NCBI RefSeq assembly: GCF_001194135.2 | Contig: NC_068988.1 | Location: 39,434,613 to 39,470,380, forward strand | Origin: Octopus bimaculoides | Taxonomy: Eukaryota | DNA: 35,768 bases | Direction of reading: 5' to 3' | Part shown: positions 33,481 through 35,768 of the stretch, piece after piece | Layout: every line of letters begins with the position of its first letter | Numbering within the stretch: position 1 is the stretch's first letter | Position numbers and translations under genes: made by a program | The notes under the pieces: model-generated | Databases searched by the model: none | What the model was told of the DNA's origin: nothing | The model's input: only the letters and a program-made list of their open reading frames with translations

Positions 33481-35112
33481 ATTTCGATAATGCCATATAT
33501 TTAAGTTATATTTCAAGTGATGAGACTTATAAAAGTCTATAATTTCTAGATTAAATAAATAAAAGAAAAAAAATATGCATATTCGGCGAGAAACATACTG
33601 TGCCAGGAACATATTTTAATTGAATAAATAACAGTGGCACTTTGTTAACAGTAAATAACAAATGTAGTGGAGAGTTAATGTGGAGGGCAGCAGATAGCGA
33701 CATTGCTATAGAGTTAATAGCTGAACATGTATGGGTTAAAGGGCAGCTGTAAATCAATACGCTTGCTTTTAAATAAGTTATTGACTATTTTTGCGACTAG
33801 AGTATTATCTTTATTTGGCTTTTCATTAACATTATTAAATCTATACGGCTCTATAGAATTAATTTCGTCAATATTTTTAATGTTATTTTTAACAAAATCT
33901 ACTCTCTGAAGACTGCAAGAATTCATCAAAAGTCGATGGGTCAGATTTGATTTACACTTTATTAAACAATTTATGATATTTTTTTAATTATTCAGAAGCC
34001 AAATGCCGAATATAGAAAGTATCGTAGGTTTTGCTCCAGACAGCATAATTCATCATATTTTTGTATTTCAGTCTTTCTATTTTACATATGCAACATATAG
34101 ATATATGCTCAGTAATACATAAATCATTGGTTTTCGACTTGAGTAAAAATCCTGAAGATGACTTCGTTTCATTTTTAGTAGTTATTGTTTGGTTTTTGTT
34201 GACAGTTCTCTTCCAGCAAACCTTTACTGTCAGCCGAGCAAACAAGCCACTTTGTATATTTGTAATTACTTCTGAAGAAGGACCTGAAACGCAAAACATT
34301 TTAATCTCACACACCAATTGAAATTAAATATCCCGCGTGACATCCTTTTGAGTTTATTGTTACTGATACAGACCTTCTCCAGTTTCTTCAGGATTCTCGA
34401 CTTTAAATTTAATTATTGATTAAAGTTATTCTAATTCTAATTATGATAATGCTAATTTATTTTTAAATATGTCTTATGTAGGAATACATTGACCTAAGTG
34501 TCTTTCCGCACTGAAAACAGTAAGGTGGGTTTCGAGGAAAAATTTAGCTGCAAGTTTTAGCAAGTCAGGTGATATCATACACGATCTTTTGTCTCTAGTA
34601 TTTCTACCAAGTGCTCCATTCGGTCAGTCTTATAATAGTTATTTATTAATTTGTTTGTTTATTTCTTTATTCAAGCAACTAATTTGGCAGGTAATTTTAC
34701 CCATGTTTACAAATTTTACCCATGTTTAAAAATAACGAAATACACGAAATAATTATTAACAGAATGGGCAACGCATCAAATATCCAAAAGATATGTTGCT
34801 GCTGCATTCATAACGGTCCCAATTTTCTTTTGGCTCCAATAAATAAAGTGTCAGTATAATTAATTCGTGTACAAATGGCCATCAGATTGATATCAGCACT
34901 TAGCTAGCATTTCTATTAAATTGTTACTCTACAGGACGTCTACAGAAAGCCCACAGAAAGTCTTCAGCTGACACTTCCATTGGGGTCCTTGGAATTATTA
35001 TTTGTTTTTGTATTATTGATTAGACCAAAATGTCAAAGCCCATGGAAGATCACTGAATAACTTTTACATGAAACTAATTCGTTTGAATTAAAGAAGAAAC
35101 AACATTCTCCTA

Positions 35113-35120
35113 CACACACA

Positions 35121-35157
<37 letters not shown>
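35113..35157. repeat. (CA)n microsatellite
   Basis: Direct reading. Confidence 0.95.
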
Positions 35158-35159
<2 letters not shown>

Positions 35160-35169
35160 TTGTAGATGT

Positions 35170-35280
35170 CCCGGGTTCAGCCTCGCTACATGGTACATGT
35201 CTTCTGCTATAGCCCCGGGCCGACCAGAGCCTTGTGAGCGGATTTGTTAGCCGTAAATTGAAAGAAGCTTGTCGTATATA
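35170..35280 (+). mobile_element. SINE family A, 5'-truncated
   Basis: gtcttctgctatagccccgggccgaccagagccttgtgagcggatttg...gaaagaagcttgtcgtatata is homologous to 2421-2587. Confidence 0.85.
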
Positions 35281-35330
35281 TACATACACACAAACTTTTT
35301 TATCCCCTCTCCGTTTATTTTCTCTTATTC

Positions 35331-35366
35331 CTTTCTGCTGAGGAGTGTAGGCTCGAAACGTAAAAT
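35331..35366 (+). ncRNA. Minimal type I hammerhead ribozyme motif within a short Penelope-derived repeat (about 35293-35458)
   Basis: cttt-CTGCTGA-g-GAG-tgtagg-CTC-GAAA-C-GTA-aaa: core (A6 to C variant), 3-bp stem II, GAAA, palindromic ACGT stem III, GUA cleavage triplet, and a short stem I (ttt/aaa). Confidence 0.6.
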
Positions 35367-35768
35367 ACTTTCTCACTTTCCAGAGCGTCAAACTATTACA
35401 CCTGCTTGTTGTTTATACACCTCTCTTCGTCCTTTGATTTTCTGTAAATTTCAACTGTGTGTGAAATACCTACATCTATATGTATAGATACATGCATATG
35501 TGGGTACAGGACATCACAAGAAAACGTTAAACGTTAAACGTTTTCTTTTTTGTTTCTCATTCACATCTAACTAGCGTTCAAAATAATAATTTTTCTATCG
35601 TCTTGGCCTAACAGCCCTTACCGTTTGTTTTCACTGTCTTGTCTTGTTTTTACTGTCTTTTACTGTCTTGTTCTCACTTTCCTGTTCTTGTTTACTTTAT
35701 TTAATTTACTTTATTTAATTTGCTTTGCGGGAAGGACTGTTCCAACGAGTCGCGTATTGTCCTTGCCT

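Larger units (their letters stand above)
30480..35105 (-). pseudogene. Candidate decayed protostome-type (multi-cysteine-cluster) Toll-like receptor, interrupted by RTE and microsatellite
   Basis: In minus-strand order: LKTFCGLSVDVL*SNNLIEM; LKKLEKVCISNNKLKRMSRGIFNF (34394-34320); SLQRVDFVKNNIKNI; CPLTHTC...TVCFSP (LRR-CT-like); RTE insert; WLRNLDGNQI; CVITEITIFASA/IFLFSYRL (TM); FVTCYS*K..WML..KLEYKL*NVIMHD and QKLICV (TIR); LTVIISEID..IHSDI..QYT (TIR C-terminal). Confidence 0.5.

Noticed and set aside
513-35391. ORFs rich in HT, VC, YI, ER, poly-N/T/L/S/H (e.g. 513-898, 6864-7283, 7505-7795, 10251-10680, 19445-19698, 20518-20878, 28754-29138)
   Set aside because: These are translations of simple repeats, not proteins; only non-repeat portions were considered.

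Overview
This is AT-rich, repeat-saturated eukaryotic DNA from a gapped short-read scaffold, with six N-runs, nearly all flanked by microsatellites or simple repeats. The SINE families and microsatellite load look like an octopus (cephalopod) genome; that is an inference from recognition, not a database hit. I find no intact protein-coding gene, rRNA, true tRNA or CRISPR array. Recognisable content: three tRNA-derived SINE families (about 13 copies), a full-length decayed mariner, and a Tc1 (DD34E) carrying a nested Tx1/L1-like fragment. There are also three Dong/R4 LINE pieces, a Penelope-like element with a duplicated 5' end, and CR1/L2-like, Tx1/L1-like and RTE LINE fragments. Two things stand out. 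First, much of the sequence between the repeats translates, through stops and frameshifts, into LRR-, LRR-CT-, TM- and TIR-like motifs in the correct order. This suggests a cluster of about 5-6 decayed Toll-like receptor genes on both strands, one with protostome-type multi-cysteine-cluster architecture. Second, there are minimal hammerhead-ribozyme motifs of the Penelope type: one near-intact at 35331-35366, one degenerate at the Penelope 3' end, and one matching a 24-nt indel between two paralogous blocks. All protein-level calls are manual translations and need frameshift-aware homology searches. Boundaries of degenerate elements are approximate.
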